A stretch of DNA of 64,000 bases from Candidatus Kaiserbacteria bacterium CG10_big_fil_rev_8_21_14_0_10_59_10 (GCA_002773285.1 PFBM01000021.1:14312-78311); one strand, 5' to 3'; shown: positions 18,176 to 27,647, counted from the stretch's first letter. Notes: generated from the sequence alone by a model not told the origin. Made by a program: numbers and translations.

Positions 18176-19453
18176 ATGAGTGAACGCATGTGGGATGACG
18201 CGCTCGCAGTGCTTCGCCGGGCTGCAGCATCCGTTTCCCTTGATCCCTTGCTGGAAGCGCATCTCATGCATGCTGACCGCGCAGTGCAGGTGTCGGTACC
18301 CGTCCTTCGCGATGACGGAAGCGTAAGCGTTTTCGACGGATATCGAGTGCAGCACGACAATACCCTTGGTCCATACAAAGGCGGCATTCGCTATCACCCG
18401 GCAGTAACGACCGACGAGGTGCGCACACTCGCGCTGTGGATGACCATCAAGTGCGCGGTGGTCGGCATTCCGTTCGGCGGCGCAAAAGGCGGGATAGCGG
18501 TTGACCCAAAATCGCTCACCGAGCGGGAATTGGAAGCGTTAACGCGCGAATTCGCACGAAAACTCTACCCGCTCGTCGGACCGGAGCGCGACATTCCGGC
18601 TCCGGACGTGCAGACGAACGCACGCATCATGGATTGGTTTGCAGACGAGTATGGCAAGGTGCGCGGCGAGAGGACGCCCGCGGTCGTAACGGGCAAATCA
18701 CTGAACGCTGGCGGTTCGGAGGGGCGCACAGAAGCGACCGGCTATGGAGGCGCAGAGGTGCTGCTGGAAGTGCTTCGCCGCATGCACGAGCCGTTGGAGG
18801 GGCTGACGGTTGCCGTGCAGGGCTTTGGCAACGTTGGCTTTCATTTTGCGCAAAAACTTGCCGGCACCGGGCTGCGCGTCGTCGCAGTGTCCGATTCGAA
18901 GGGCGGCATCTACGTCCCCGACGGCATCGCAGACATCACTGCGGTCGAAGAGTGCAAAAGGAGCCAAGGGACCGTTGCGGGCTGCTACTGCATCGGCTCT
19001 GTGTGCAATGAGGCGAATAAGGAACAGCTGCACGCGTCGGAGATCTCCGGCGAGGATATATTTTCGCAGGAAGTCGACATTCTCGTTCCTGCTGCACTGG
19101 AAAATGTACTCACGAAGGATACCGCGCCGCGCGTGCGTGCTCGGTACGTCCTCGAGCTTGCCAACGGCCCTACGACGGCCGAGGCGGACGCGGTGCTTCT
19201 TGAGCGTGGCGTAACAGTCATCCCCGATGTTCTGGCGAACGCAGGCGGGGTCGCCGTGTCCTACGCCGAGTGGAAGCAAAACATGGCGAACGAGAGCTGG
19301 AGCCGCGAGCGGGTACTGCGAGAGCTTGAGGATACAATGCGACGCGCAACATCGGAAGTGCTTGAGGAGGCACAGAGCGGAGACATCCCGCTGCGCGATG
19401 CCGCATATCGTACGGCGATCCGGCGCCTGCAAACGGGGGCGCCTTCATCCTGA
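18176..19453 (+). CDS. gdhA: Glu/Leu/Phe/Val dehydrogenase
   Basis: GPYKGGIRYHP, GGAKGG, DIPAPD, QGFGNVG, ELANGPTT, PDVLANAGGV. Confidence 0.95.
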   Translation: MSERMWDDALAVLRRAAASVSLDPLLEAHLMHADRAVQVSVPVLRDDGSVSVFDGYRVQHDNTLGPYKGGIRYHPAVTTDEVRTLALWMTIKCAVVGIPFGGAKGGIAVDPKSLTERELEALTREFARKLYPLVGPERDIPAPDVQTNARIMDWFADEYGKVRGERTPAVVTGKSLNAGGSEGRTEATGYGGAEVLLEVLRRMHEPLEGLTVAVQGFGNVGFHFAQKLAGTGLRVVAVSDSKGGIYVPDGIADITAVEECKRSQGTVAGCYCIGSVCNEANKEQLHASEISGEDIFSQEVDILVPAALENVLTKDTAPRVRARYVLELANGPTTAEADAVLLERGVTVIPDVLANAGGVAVSYAEWKQNMANESWSRERVLRELEDTMRRATSEVLEEAQSGDIPLRDAAYRTAIRRLQTGAPSS

Positions 19454-19493
19454 GCGCGCGTAAGGACACGCTGAGCGCGTCGTCCTCGTATGC

Positions 19494-19934
19494 ATGGATT
19501 CACGAAGCGGCGTCTATGTGATAGCCGGCTTTGCGGCACTCGCGCTTCTCCTTGCGCTTGCCGCGTACCACGTATTCTTTCGGGACGGGGACGAAGCCGC
19601 GTTTAACGCGCTTTCTCTCGAGGAGCGCATGGCTATGTGCCGCTCTCTTCCGAACGGTTCTTCGCATGAAGTGCGCACTGCGGAGCGCTTGTTCATCAAC
19701 CTCCCCGAGGATATATATCCATACGCACATCGCTCTTTTGTATTCGAGGGGGCCAGGGCCGCGCTCGTGCCGAGCGGCGAAGCGCTCTATATAGACGAGT
19801 CGTTCAAGCGCGGCCACTGCGTCACGCACCTGTACGAATTTAGCGGCGAGGGCAGCGTGGAGCTTGTGGTATCGAGCGCACGCCATGCACTGCCCGAATA
19901 TCGGGTATATGTGAGTGTTGTCGCTAACGAGTAG
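19494..19934 (+). CDS. Hypothetical membrane-anchored protein
   Basis: N-terminal TM; same strand as neighbours. Confidence 0.6.
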   Translation: MDSRSGVYVIAGFAALALLLALAAYHVFFRDGDEAAFNALSLEERMAMCRSLPNGSSHEVRTAERLFINLPEDIYPYAHRSFVFEGARAALVPSGEALYIDESFKRGHCVTHLYEFSGEGSVELVVSSARHALPEYRVYVSVVANE

Positions 19935-20102
19935 TGTGTGCATCACGCACCCCTGCTGCACAATGCGCCGCTCCTCCACTCGCGCTCTAGCCCATCGAAG
20001 CTCATCCACAGAGAGAGCTGGCAGCCACTGCGCTGTATGATACAGTGCTGCGGTACGAGGCCCTGCCTCCTGCCGCCAAAGGGCTGGCAGCATACGCATG
20101 CC

Positions 20103-22331
20103 ATGCGACAAGTATTGATCATTGTGGCTGTTGCCGTTACAGCGGTGACCGGCGTGGTCCTACTCTTTACGCACGTGCAGGTGCGCACCGAAAGCGACGT
20201 ACTCGCACGAGACCTGGAGCAGCGCACCCGCATACTTGCGGAAAGTTTGCAGGAATCGGTCGAGCCCGCATACATCGTGCAGTCGCAGAGCGCGCTTCAG
20301 CGTATCGTCGAGCGCTTTGCCAACCGCCAACCTCTCGTCGGGGTAGCCGTGGTCGACCGCGCAGGCACGGTCGTTGCGGCGTCCGAACATGTCTCGGAGG
20401 CGGGGGTAGTCGGCGTCGTGCCGACCGTCTCAGCGCTGCAGGGTGAAAGCGGTGGGAGCTTCTTGCGTACTGCGGAAGCGACCATGTATGTGTATGCGGT
20501 GCCGCTTACGGATGAAACAGGCGAAGTGACCGCGGCGATGGTCGTCGTGCAGGACGCCTCCTACATAGACGAGCGCGCGTACAGCACATGGTGGAACAAT
20601 ATCGCCCGCCTTCTTGCGTACGTGCTGCTTTTTGGCGCTGCGGTGGCGCTTCTGGTGCGGTGGGTCGTACTGCGGCCGCTCATGGCCCTCGCTGCGACGG
20701 TCAAATCGGCGCGCACGGGACGCGGCGGCCTAAAGGCATTGGAGCCGCTGAAGCAGAACTTATTTTTCATGCCGCTTGCGCGCGAGATATCGGAGATGAC
20801 GAAGAGTCTCGGACAGGCGCGGCATGCGGCGAGCGAGGAGGCGCGCCTCCGGCTTCAAAAAATAGATACACCGTGGACGGCGGAGCGTTTGAAGGAATTT
20901 ATCCGGACGTATTTAAAAGGCCGTCCCATCTACGTAGTGTCGAATCGCGAGCCATACGCGCATACGCGACGCGGCAACGAGATACTGTGGTCCGTCCCTG
21001 CAAGCGGCATGGTGACGGCGCTTGAGCCCGTGATGGCCGCGGCGGGCGGGATGTGGATAGCGCACGGCGGCGGAGATGCGGACAGGGAGGTGACGGACGA
21101 GAGCGGCAAGGTCGCGGTACCGCCGGATGACCCGAAGTACACGCTTAAGCGCATATGGCTCGAGCCCGAAGAAATAAAAGGCCACTACGACGGCTTTTCC
21201 AACGAGGCGCTGTGGCCGCTATGCCACACCGCGCACACGCGCCCGATATTCCGCAATGAGGATTGGGCGATGTACAAGCGCGTCAATGGGAAATTTGCCG
21301 AACAGATACTCTCTGAGCTGAAAGACGTTCAGCGCCCCATCATCCTCATACAGGACTACCATTTCGCGCTCCTGCCGCAGATGCTGAAAGACGCGCGCCC
21401 CGATGCGCAGATAGGCATCTTTTGGCACATTCCCTGGCCGTCACCAGAGGCGTTCAGCATATGCCCGTGGCGCAAGGAGCTTTTGGAGGGCATGCTTGGC
21501 GCCGATATCGTGGGCTTCCATACGCAGCAGTACTGCAACAACTTTCTCGATACCGTAGGCAAGGAGATAGAATCACTCATCGATTTCGAACAGTTCGCCG
21601 TGACGCGCGACGACCACGTGTCGTACATCAAGCCATTTCCCATATCGATAGCATTCACGAACGGCGCCGAACGCGACGAGGCCGACAAGCCCGATAAAAA
21701 GGTGCTCTCCGTTCTCGGCATAAAGACCGAGCGATTCGGGCTAGGCGTCGACCGAATGGATTATACGAAAGGCATTCTTGAGCGCTTTAAGGCCATTGAA
21801 TTTTTGCTCGAGAAGCATACGAAGTACAGAGAGAAGTTCACGTTCCTGCAGATCGCGCCACCTTCGCGCGAGGGTGTCGAGAAATACCGAGAATACGGCG
21901 CTGCAGTGAAGCAGGAAGCCGATCGCATCAACAAGCGTTTCGGCAAGAACGGCTGGCGACCCATCGTTCTCGAGACGCGGCACTACACCCACAGCGAGCT
22001 CGAACCGCTCTACCGGCTCGCGGACGTGTGCGTCGTAACCTCGCTGCACGACGGCATGAACCTTGTCGCCAAGGAGTTCGTCGCCGCCCGCGACGACGAA
22101 TCAGGCGTGCTGGTGCTCTCGCAGTTCACGGGCGCCGCCCGTACGCTCAAAGGTGCGCTCCTTGTCAATCCATATAGCGCGGAGGAAACCGCAGAGGCGG
22201 TGCATAAGGCCCTCTCCATGTCGCCGACCGAGCAGTACCGGCGCATGCGCGCCATGCGCAATACGATCAAGGACTACAACGTATACCGCTGGTCCGCGGA
22301 GCTCATTAAAGCGGTCGCCAGCATCGCGTAA
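20103..22331 (+). CDS. otsA: Trehalose-6-phosphate synthase (GT20) with N-terminal TM-Cache-TM-HAMP sensor module
   Basis: VVSNREPY, SGMVTAL, FSNEALWPLCH, QDYH, FWHIPWP, GVDRMDYTKG, DGMNLVAKEF; two TMs around a PAS/Cache-like loop. Confidence 0.92.
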   Translation: MRQVLIIVAVAVTAVTGVVLLFTHVQVRTESDVLARDLEQRTRILAESLQESVEPAYIVQSQSALQRIVERFANRQPLVGVAVVDRAGTVVAASEHVSEAGVVGVVPTVSALQGESGGSFLRTAEATMYVYAVPLTDETGEVTAAMVVVQDASYIDERAYSTWWNNIARLLAYVLLFGAAVALLVRWVVLRPLMALAATVKSARTGRGGLKALEPLKQNLFFMPLAREISEMTKSLGQARHAASEEARLRLQKIDTPWTAERLKEFIRTYLKGRPIYVVSNREPYAHTRRGNEILWSVPASGMVTALEPVMAAAGGMWIAHGGGDADREVTDESGKVAVPPDDPKYTLKRIWLEPEEIKGHYDGFSNEALWPLCHTAHTRPIFRNEDWAMYKRVNGKFAEQILSELKDVQRPIILIQDYHFALLPQMLKDARPDAQIGIFWHIPWPSPEAFSICPWRKELLEGMLGADIVGFHTQQYCNNFLDTVGKEIESLIDFEQFAVTRDDHVSYIKPFPISIAFTNGAERDEADKPDKKVLSVLGIKTERFGLGVDRMDYTKGILERFKAIEFLLEKHTKYREKFTFLQIAPPSREGVEKYREYGAAVKQEADRINKRFGKNGWRPIVLETRHYTHSELEPLYRLADVCVVTSLHDGMNLVAKEFVAARDDESGVLVLSQFTGAARTLKGALLVNPYSAEETAEAVHKALSMSPTEQYRRMRAMRNTIKDYNVYRWSAELIKAVASIA

Positions 22332-22333
22332 CC

Positions 22334-23107
22334 ATGTTGAGCGCCGCGCGGCACATCGATGAAATAGCGAGGCGCGTGAGGCGTGCGGGCGGCGCACTCT
22401 TGTTCCTTGATTTTGACGGCACGCTTGCGGAGATCGCTACGACGCCGGAGTCCGCGCGCATGAGCGCCCGAACGCGGCGCGCGCTCAAGGCGTGCGTTGC
22501 GCGATACCGCGTTGCAGTCATTAGCGGGCGGGCGCTCGCGGACGTCCGCAGAAAGGTGGGTATGCGCACGGTGGCCTACGTCGGCGGCCACGGAACGGAA
22601 TACAGCATTGGCCGTCTGCGGGGCGTGTCGGGACTGCCTGCCGCTCTTCGCGCGTCACTCCGTGACGCGGCACGGCGCTTTCTGCCATTGTGCAAGGAAT
22701 ACCCGGGATTGCGCATCGAGCGTAAACCTTCGTCCGTTTCGGTACACTACCGCCGGCTGGAGCCGCGCGCGCTCCGCTCATTCGCGCGAATAGCGCGGCG
22801 GCTATGCACGGATATAGCGGCCGAAGGGTCGTTACGTATTATGTTCGGGAAAAGGGTCCTTGAATTTATGCCCGCTATCGGATTTGGGAAAGGGCATGCA
22901 GTGGGCCTCTTGCGGCGCGAGTTGGACCCTCGCCGCACACTGCCGGTCATATATATCGGGGACGATACCACGGACGAGGAGGCATTTCGCGCACTTCCGC
23001 GCGAGATTACCGTACGCGTGGGCGTGCGCCGCAGCAGCGCCGCACGGTACGTTCTCCGCAGGCGCGCCGACGTCGACCTGCTTCTGGAGCGGCTTGCCAC
23101 CTTGTAG
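22334..23107 (+). CDS. otsB: Trehalose-6-phosphate phosphatase (HAD)
   Basis: FLDFDGTL, ISGR, HGTE, GKG, YIGDDTTDEEAF. Confidence 0.93.
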   Translation: MLSAARHIDEIARRVRRAGGALLFLDFDGTLAEIATTPESARMSARTRRALKACVARYRVAVISGRALADVRRKVGMRTVAYVGGHGTEYSIGRLRGVSGLPAALRASLRDAARRFLPLCKEYPGLRIERKPSSVSVHYRRLEPRALRSFARIARRLCTDIAAEGSLRIMFGKRVLEFMPAIGFGKGHAVGLLRRELDPRRTLPVIYIGDDTTDEEAFRALPREITVRVGVRRSSAARYVLRRRADVDLLLERLATL

Positions 23108-23221
23108 AGGCGAGCGCACGCCCGTGCGCAGCTGTGCATAACTTGCACCGAACGGTCGACATGCGTGTAAAAATATAGACAAGGGTCGATGTTACCGTTA
23201 ATTCGTGCGCACATTGCACTT

Positions 23222-23464
23222 ATGAAATATTTACACATTGCGACATTTTCGCTCGTCATCATCGGCGGTGTTAATTGGATGCTTCTCGCGCTTACCGGTT
23301 GGGAGATAGGAGCGCTCTTTGGCGGAATGGACGCCCTGCTATCCAAAGCGATTTATGTGCTGGTGGGTCTTTCGGCAGTGTACCTCGCTGTCATGCACAA
23401 GCGTGCATGCCGCGAGTGTTCTGTTGAGGAGCAACATTCCGCACCCATGGGAGCGGCGATGTAG
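23222..23464 (+). CDS. DUF378 family membrane protein
   Basis: LVIIGGVNW...LFGG...IYVLVGLSAVY; C-terminal H..CREC. Confidence 0.85.
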   Translation: MKYLHIATFSLVIIGGVNWMLLALTGWEIGALFGGMDALLSKAIYVLVGLSAVYLAVMHKRACRECSVEEQHSAPMGAAM

Positions 23465-23586
23465 GGATAGCGTTTTTTACAGGCAGCCGGCTCGCACGGA
23501 TGCGCGCCGGCTGTTTGCGCGCGGCGGTGCGCGATGCGAGGGTACCGGGATTCGACCCGGCGCGCGCCGAGGTGTAGGATACGAGC

Positions 23587-24825
23587 ATGGCATATGCACC
23601 GAGCGATACCGTCCTTAAGAAATACGCCGACGTGTTGGTCAATTTTGCATTGGGGGGCGGTAAGGGTATCCGAAAAGGCGACGTAGTGCGCCTTTCCGCA
23701 TACGAGGCGGCGAAGCCGCTTTTTATCGCCGTCCACAACGCGATAATCGACGCGGGAGGCCATGTTATCTCCAACTACGGCCCGGACGAGGAGCAAGGCG
23801 ACAAGCGGCGCAATATGAATTACACCCGATATTTTTTCGAGCACGCGAAGCCGCATCAGCTGGATTTCTTTCCAAGAAAATACCTGCGAGGGCTCATTGA
23901 CGAGATAGACCATTCCGTTTTCATCATATCCGAAGCCGATCCTCACGTGCTCAAGGGCGTTGACGCGAGAAAAATCATGCGCCGTGGCGTCGCGATGAAG
24001 CCCTTTATGGACTGGCGGCGCAAGAAGGAGAACAAAGGCAAGTTCACATGGACTGTTGGCCTCTATGGCACTCCGGCTATGGCACGCGAGGCCGGCCTGT
24101 CGGAGAGGGCCTACTGGGAGCAGATAATCAAGGCGTGCTTTCTCGACAAACGAGATCCGATCGCTGCGTGGAAGAGTGTCTACAAGCGGCTAGAACACTA
24201 TCGGACCAAGCTCAACAAACTTTCGCCGCGTATTGACCGCCTGCATGTGCGCGGGCGCGACGCCGACCTCTGGATACGCCTGGGCGAGAAGCGCGCATGG
24301 CTCGGCGGTTCCGGCCGCAATATTCCCAGTTTCGAACTTTTTACCTCGCCGGACTGGCGGGGCACTGAGGGTTGGATACGCTTTAATCAACCGCTGTACC
24401 GCTACGGCAGCAAAATAACGGGCATCGAGCTTGCGTTCAAGGGGGGACGGGTCGTTACAAGCAAAGCACGCACGAACGAGCGGCTGCTTAAGGAGATGAT
24501 AGCGACTCCGGGCGCCGACAAGGTCGGGGAGTTTTCGCTTACCGACAAGCGATTCTCGCGCATAACGAAATTCATGGCGGATACGCTTTTTGATGAGAAC
24601 GTTGGCGGGCCGGAGGGGAATACCCACATTGCCCTCGGTATGGCGTACGAAGATTGCTATGCGGGGGACGTAGCGAAGCTCACGAAGAAAATGTCCGCTG
24701 CGCTCGGCTATAACGACTCGTCGGTGCATACGGACATCGTCTCGACGACTCGGCGCACGGTAACGGCTCACCTGAAGGACGGTACGGAGAGAGTCATATA
24801 CGAGAACGGCGTCTTTACGCTGTAG
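23587..24825 (+). CDS. Aminopeptidase, M29 (AmpS/PepS) family
   Basis: KYADVLVNFAL, NIPSFELFTSP, GEFSL, TLFDEN, HIALG, SSVHTD. Confidence 0.9.
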   Translation: MAYAPSDTVLKKYADVLVNFALGGGKGIRKGDVVRLSAYEAAKPLFIAVHNAIIDAGGHVISNYGPDEEQGDKRRNMNYTRYFFEHAKPHQLDFFPRKYLRGLIDEIDHSVFIISEADPHVLKGVDARKIMRRGVAMKPFMDWRRKKENKGKFTWTVGLYGTPAMAREAGLSERAYWEQIIKACFLDKRDPIAAWKSVYKRLEHYRTKLNKLSPRIDRLHVRGRDADLWIRLGEKRAWLGGSGRNIPSFELFTSPDWRGTEGWIRFNQPLYRYGSKITGIELAFKGGRVVTSKARTNERLLKEMIATPGADKVGEFSLTDKRFSRITKFMADTLFDENVGGPEGNTHIALGMAYEDCYAGDVAKLTKKMSAALGYNDSSVHTDIVSTTRRTVTAHLKDGTERVIYENGVFTL

Positions 24826-24870
24826 TGTCAGATGGCCGCGGCAGCGCCAATACCAATCCTTGAAGTGTTG

Positions 24871-24900
24871 AGGCCCGCGGCGCCATCGCGCCGCGGGCCT
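24871..24900. terminator. GC hairpin at a convergent junction
   Basis: aggcccgcggcgc-catc-gcgccgcgggcct. Confidence 0.55.
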
Positions 24901-25099
24901 ATGCCGCCTTCCTGTGCCGGCGTGTAATCCAACGCCACCCATAAAAGGCACGTGCCCAATGGGTATACCGGGCAAGACACACCTTGCTGCAAAAGTAGAG
25001 CGCGTCCCCGCACGGCAGCACGATGGTGTGCTTTGAGCCGTCCATGGAGTGTGGCGACGTACATCTCAGATATCCGCATCGGTCCCGTCGTGACCTCAT
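24899..25099 (-). CDS. Small TRASH/FCS-type metal-binding protein (66 aa)
   Basis: CGYLRC...LYFCSKVCLARY; GGAGG SD; TTGACT-17-TACGGT upstream. Confidence 0.6.
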   Translation of the reverse strand: MRSRRDRCGYLRCTSPHSMDGSKHTIVLPCGDALYFCSKVCLARYTHWARAFYGWRWITRRHRKAA

Positions 25100-25283
25100 C
25101 GCATCCTCCAGTTCCCCGCTAACTCAACCGTAATCCCCTGCGGGGTATGAGTCAACGATATGTACACAGGAGCGCGATGCCTGCGAGTGTCCCGGACGCA
25201 CGTCATAGCGGCTTCATGCGGACGCACGACAATGGAGGCGGGATAAGGTCGTGTTAGCAGAAACTAAGCGCGAGTAACTTCAT

Positions 25284-25436
25284 ATGTTGTGGACGATCGC
25301 TGGTATCCTTGTCGTGCTCTGGCTTCTTGGAATGATAACTGCAACGACGTTCGAGGGGTTCTTGCACGTACTTCTCGTACTGGCAGCGGTGGCTATTCTC
25401 ATACGGCTCATTCAAGGCCGAAACCCAATTCAGTAG
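25284..25436 (+). CDS. lmo0937-family small membrane protein (50 aa; not in the ORF track)
   Basis: MLWTIAGILVVLWLLGMITATTFEGFLHVLLVLAAVAILIRLIQGRNPIQ. Confidence 0.85.
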   Translation: MLWTIAGILVVLWLLGMITATTFEGFLHVLLVLAAVAILIRLIQGRNPIQ

Positions 25437-25616
25437 TCAGATGCGCAACCGGGAGAAGCAGTTTTGCCGTTTTGTTGATTCTACGAAGTAGACTTTGCGA
25501 AAAATTGATATACCGCTGTGCTGTCCGGTCGGACATGACAGCGGTATACGGGGATGCGCCGCTTGTGAGCAGCAATTCCTTCACATGCGCATGGAAGAGC
25601 GTCGTGCGGGGGTACC

Positions 25617-25820
25617 ATGCTCATCGGGCCCATCTTTACAGGACAGCCGCTCCTCCGTGCGCTCGCGGGACAGATACCGTTCACGCTTATGCACCTTGCG
25701 GGAACAATAGTGTTTGCGACGACTCTCGGCCCCGTACTCTACCGATGGGTCGTTCAGAATGAAGTACTTGAAACACACGTAGCGTGGCAACGCGTACTTG
25801 CGTACGCGCGGCGGATCTAG
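25617..25820 (+). pseudogene. Probable C-terminal remnant of an ECF S-component-like membrane protein
   Basis: IGPIFTGQP...AGQIPFTLMHLAGTIVFA...LYRWV; in-frame TGA at 25566, no N-terminal helices. Confidence 0.4.
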
Positions 25821-25849
25821 CGCCTCTCGCGAGGCGTAAAACGCGGCAG

Positions 25850-25947
25850 CTGCAAAACAAAGACCACCAAGGCGGTGCAGGGCGGGGGTGACCGCAACAC
25901 GCCTTGGTGGTCTAGCCGCGCTAACGGGGGGTCGCGCGGAATTTGCT
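25850..25947 (-). ncRNA. Candidate structured small RNA
   Basis: 14-bp stem 25861-25874/25900-25913 followed by a U-tract on the minus strand; second hairpin; TATGCT box upstream. Confidence 0.3.
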
Positions 25948-26035
25948 GACGCTAGCATACTACAGGGTCGCGCTTTGTAAAGGGGCCGATGAATTGCCTG
26001 CCATGTCCGTCGGGATGCTATTATGAACGGCACAT

Positions 26036-27496
26036 ATGTCGTTGGAAGCGGAAATACGCGCGGAGAGGGAGAAAAAGCTCGCGCTGTTGCGCTCCGCGGG
26101 CATGGAGCCATACCCGGTATCGACCGAGCGCGACAGCACCATAGCGGAGCTGCTTGAGGAGTTTGACGCGTTGGAGCAGAGCGGCACGACCCGGACGATC
26201 GCGGGGCGCATCGCTTCCATACGCGGACAGGGCGGCATAACATTCGTCGACGTTATCGACGGCACGGCGCGAGTACAGCTCGTATTGAACAGGAAGGAGA
26301 TGGATGCCGCCCGTTTCGATCTGTTCCAAGAAGCAGTGGACCAGAGTGACTTCATTCAAGCCACGGGTGCCGCATTCAGGACCAAGCGCGGCGAGCGCTC
26401 GCTGAGTGTAATCAAGTGGAAGATGCTGGCCAAGTCGCTTCGTCCGGTGCCCGACGAGTGGTACGGCGTGAAGGACGAGGAGCTGCGGCTTCGCGAACGC
26501 TACCTCGACATACTGCTCAATGAGGACGTGCGAGCGATGTTCGAGCGCCGTGCGGCGTTTTGGCAGGTTATCCGCACGTTTTATCTTCAGCGCGGTTTTC
26601 TGGAGGTCGAGACGCCGGTCTTCGAGAATTCGCCGGGAGGCGCCGACGCGCGTCCCTTTATAACGCATCACAATGCACTCGACATGGATGTGTATTTGCG
26701 GATCTCTCTTGAGCTGTGGCACAAGCGGCTGCTTGTCGCCGGCTACCCCAAGGTGTTTGAAATAGGGCGCGTATTCCGAAACGAGGGTCAATCGCGCGAG
26801 CATCTGCAGGACTACACGATGCTCGAATCGTATGAAGCATACATGGACATGCAGCGCGGTATGCACATGGTGCAGGAGCTGTATCGAGCTATCGCCTCGG
26901 AAGTGTACGGTACGCACTCATTTTCGATGCGCGGGCATGCGGTCGACCTGGCCGGACAGTGGAATACCATTGATTATTCCAGTGCCATCCGCGACGCCTA
27001 CGGGATCGACCCGCTCGAGTGTACTGAGGCGGAGGCGATCTCGAGCGCACAGAGCGCCGGCGTCCTTGCGGAAAATACGGGCCGAAACAAGGCTCGAGCG
27101 ATAGACAACTTGTGGAAGCGGCTGCGCAAGGACATAGCCGGTCCCGCATTCCTCATCGGGACGCCGGTGTACCTCGAACCCTTGGCAAAGCGCAGTGCGA
27201 GCGATGAGCGGGTGGTCGAGCGCATGCAGGTTATCATCGCAGGGTCCGAGGTTGGAAAGGGGTTTAGCGAATTGAACGACCCGCTCGACCAGCGCGCGCG
27301 CTTCGAGGAGCAGCAAAAACTTCGAGAGGGAGGCGATGAGGAAGCGCAACGCCTGGACCTCGAGTACATACGCGCTATGGAATACGGAATGCCGCCGGCA
27401 TTCGGTTTCGGCGTCTCCGAGCGCCTGTTTGCTTTTTTTGAAGATACGCCTGCGCATGAATCCCAGCTCTTCCCGTTGCTTAAGCCGCGGCAGTAG
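26036..27496 (+). CDS. lysS: Lysine--tRNA ligase (class II)
   Basis: GGADARPFITHHNAL, EIGRVFRNEG, GFSELNDP, YGMPPAFGFG. Confidence 0.97.
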   Translation: MSLEAEIRAEREKKLALLRSAGMEPYPVSTERDSTIAELLEEFDALEQSGTTRTIAGRIASIRGQGGITFVDVIDGTARVQLVLNRKEMDAARFDLFQEAVDQSDFIQATGAAFRTKRGERSLSVIKWKMLAKSLRPVPDEWYGVKDEELRLRERYLDILLNEDVRAMFERRAAFWQVIRTFYLQRGFLEVETPVFENSPGGADARPFITHHNALDMDVYLRISLELWHKRLLVAGYPKVFEIGRVFRNEGQSREHLQDYTMLESYEAYMDMQRGMHMVQELYRAIASEVYGTHSFSMRGHAVDLAGQWNTIDYSSAIRDAYGIDPLECTEAEAISSAQSAGVLAENTGRNKARAIDNLWKRLRKDIAGPAFLIGTPVYLEPLAKRSASDERVVERMQVIIAGSEVGKGFSELNDPLDQRARFEEQQKLREGGDEEAQRLDLEYIRAMEYGMPPAFGFGVSERLFAFFEDTPAHESQLFPLLKPRQ

Positions 27497-27647
27497 TGCT
27501 ACGATGCGGCCACTCGCCTATGGGCGAGCGGTATCAACCGAGCCGAGCTTTTGCTCGGCCAAATAGAAAGGAGTGCCCCGGGTCTTTTTTTGGCAGGGCG
27601 CGCCGCTCCCGCGGCGCGCCCAATTCTTTTAGTAGTACACTACGTGT

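Noticed and set aside
24828-25079. 83-aa minus-strand ORF
   Set aside because: The alternative frame 24899..25099 has the SD and Cys motif; this one runs through the terminator hairpin
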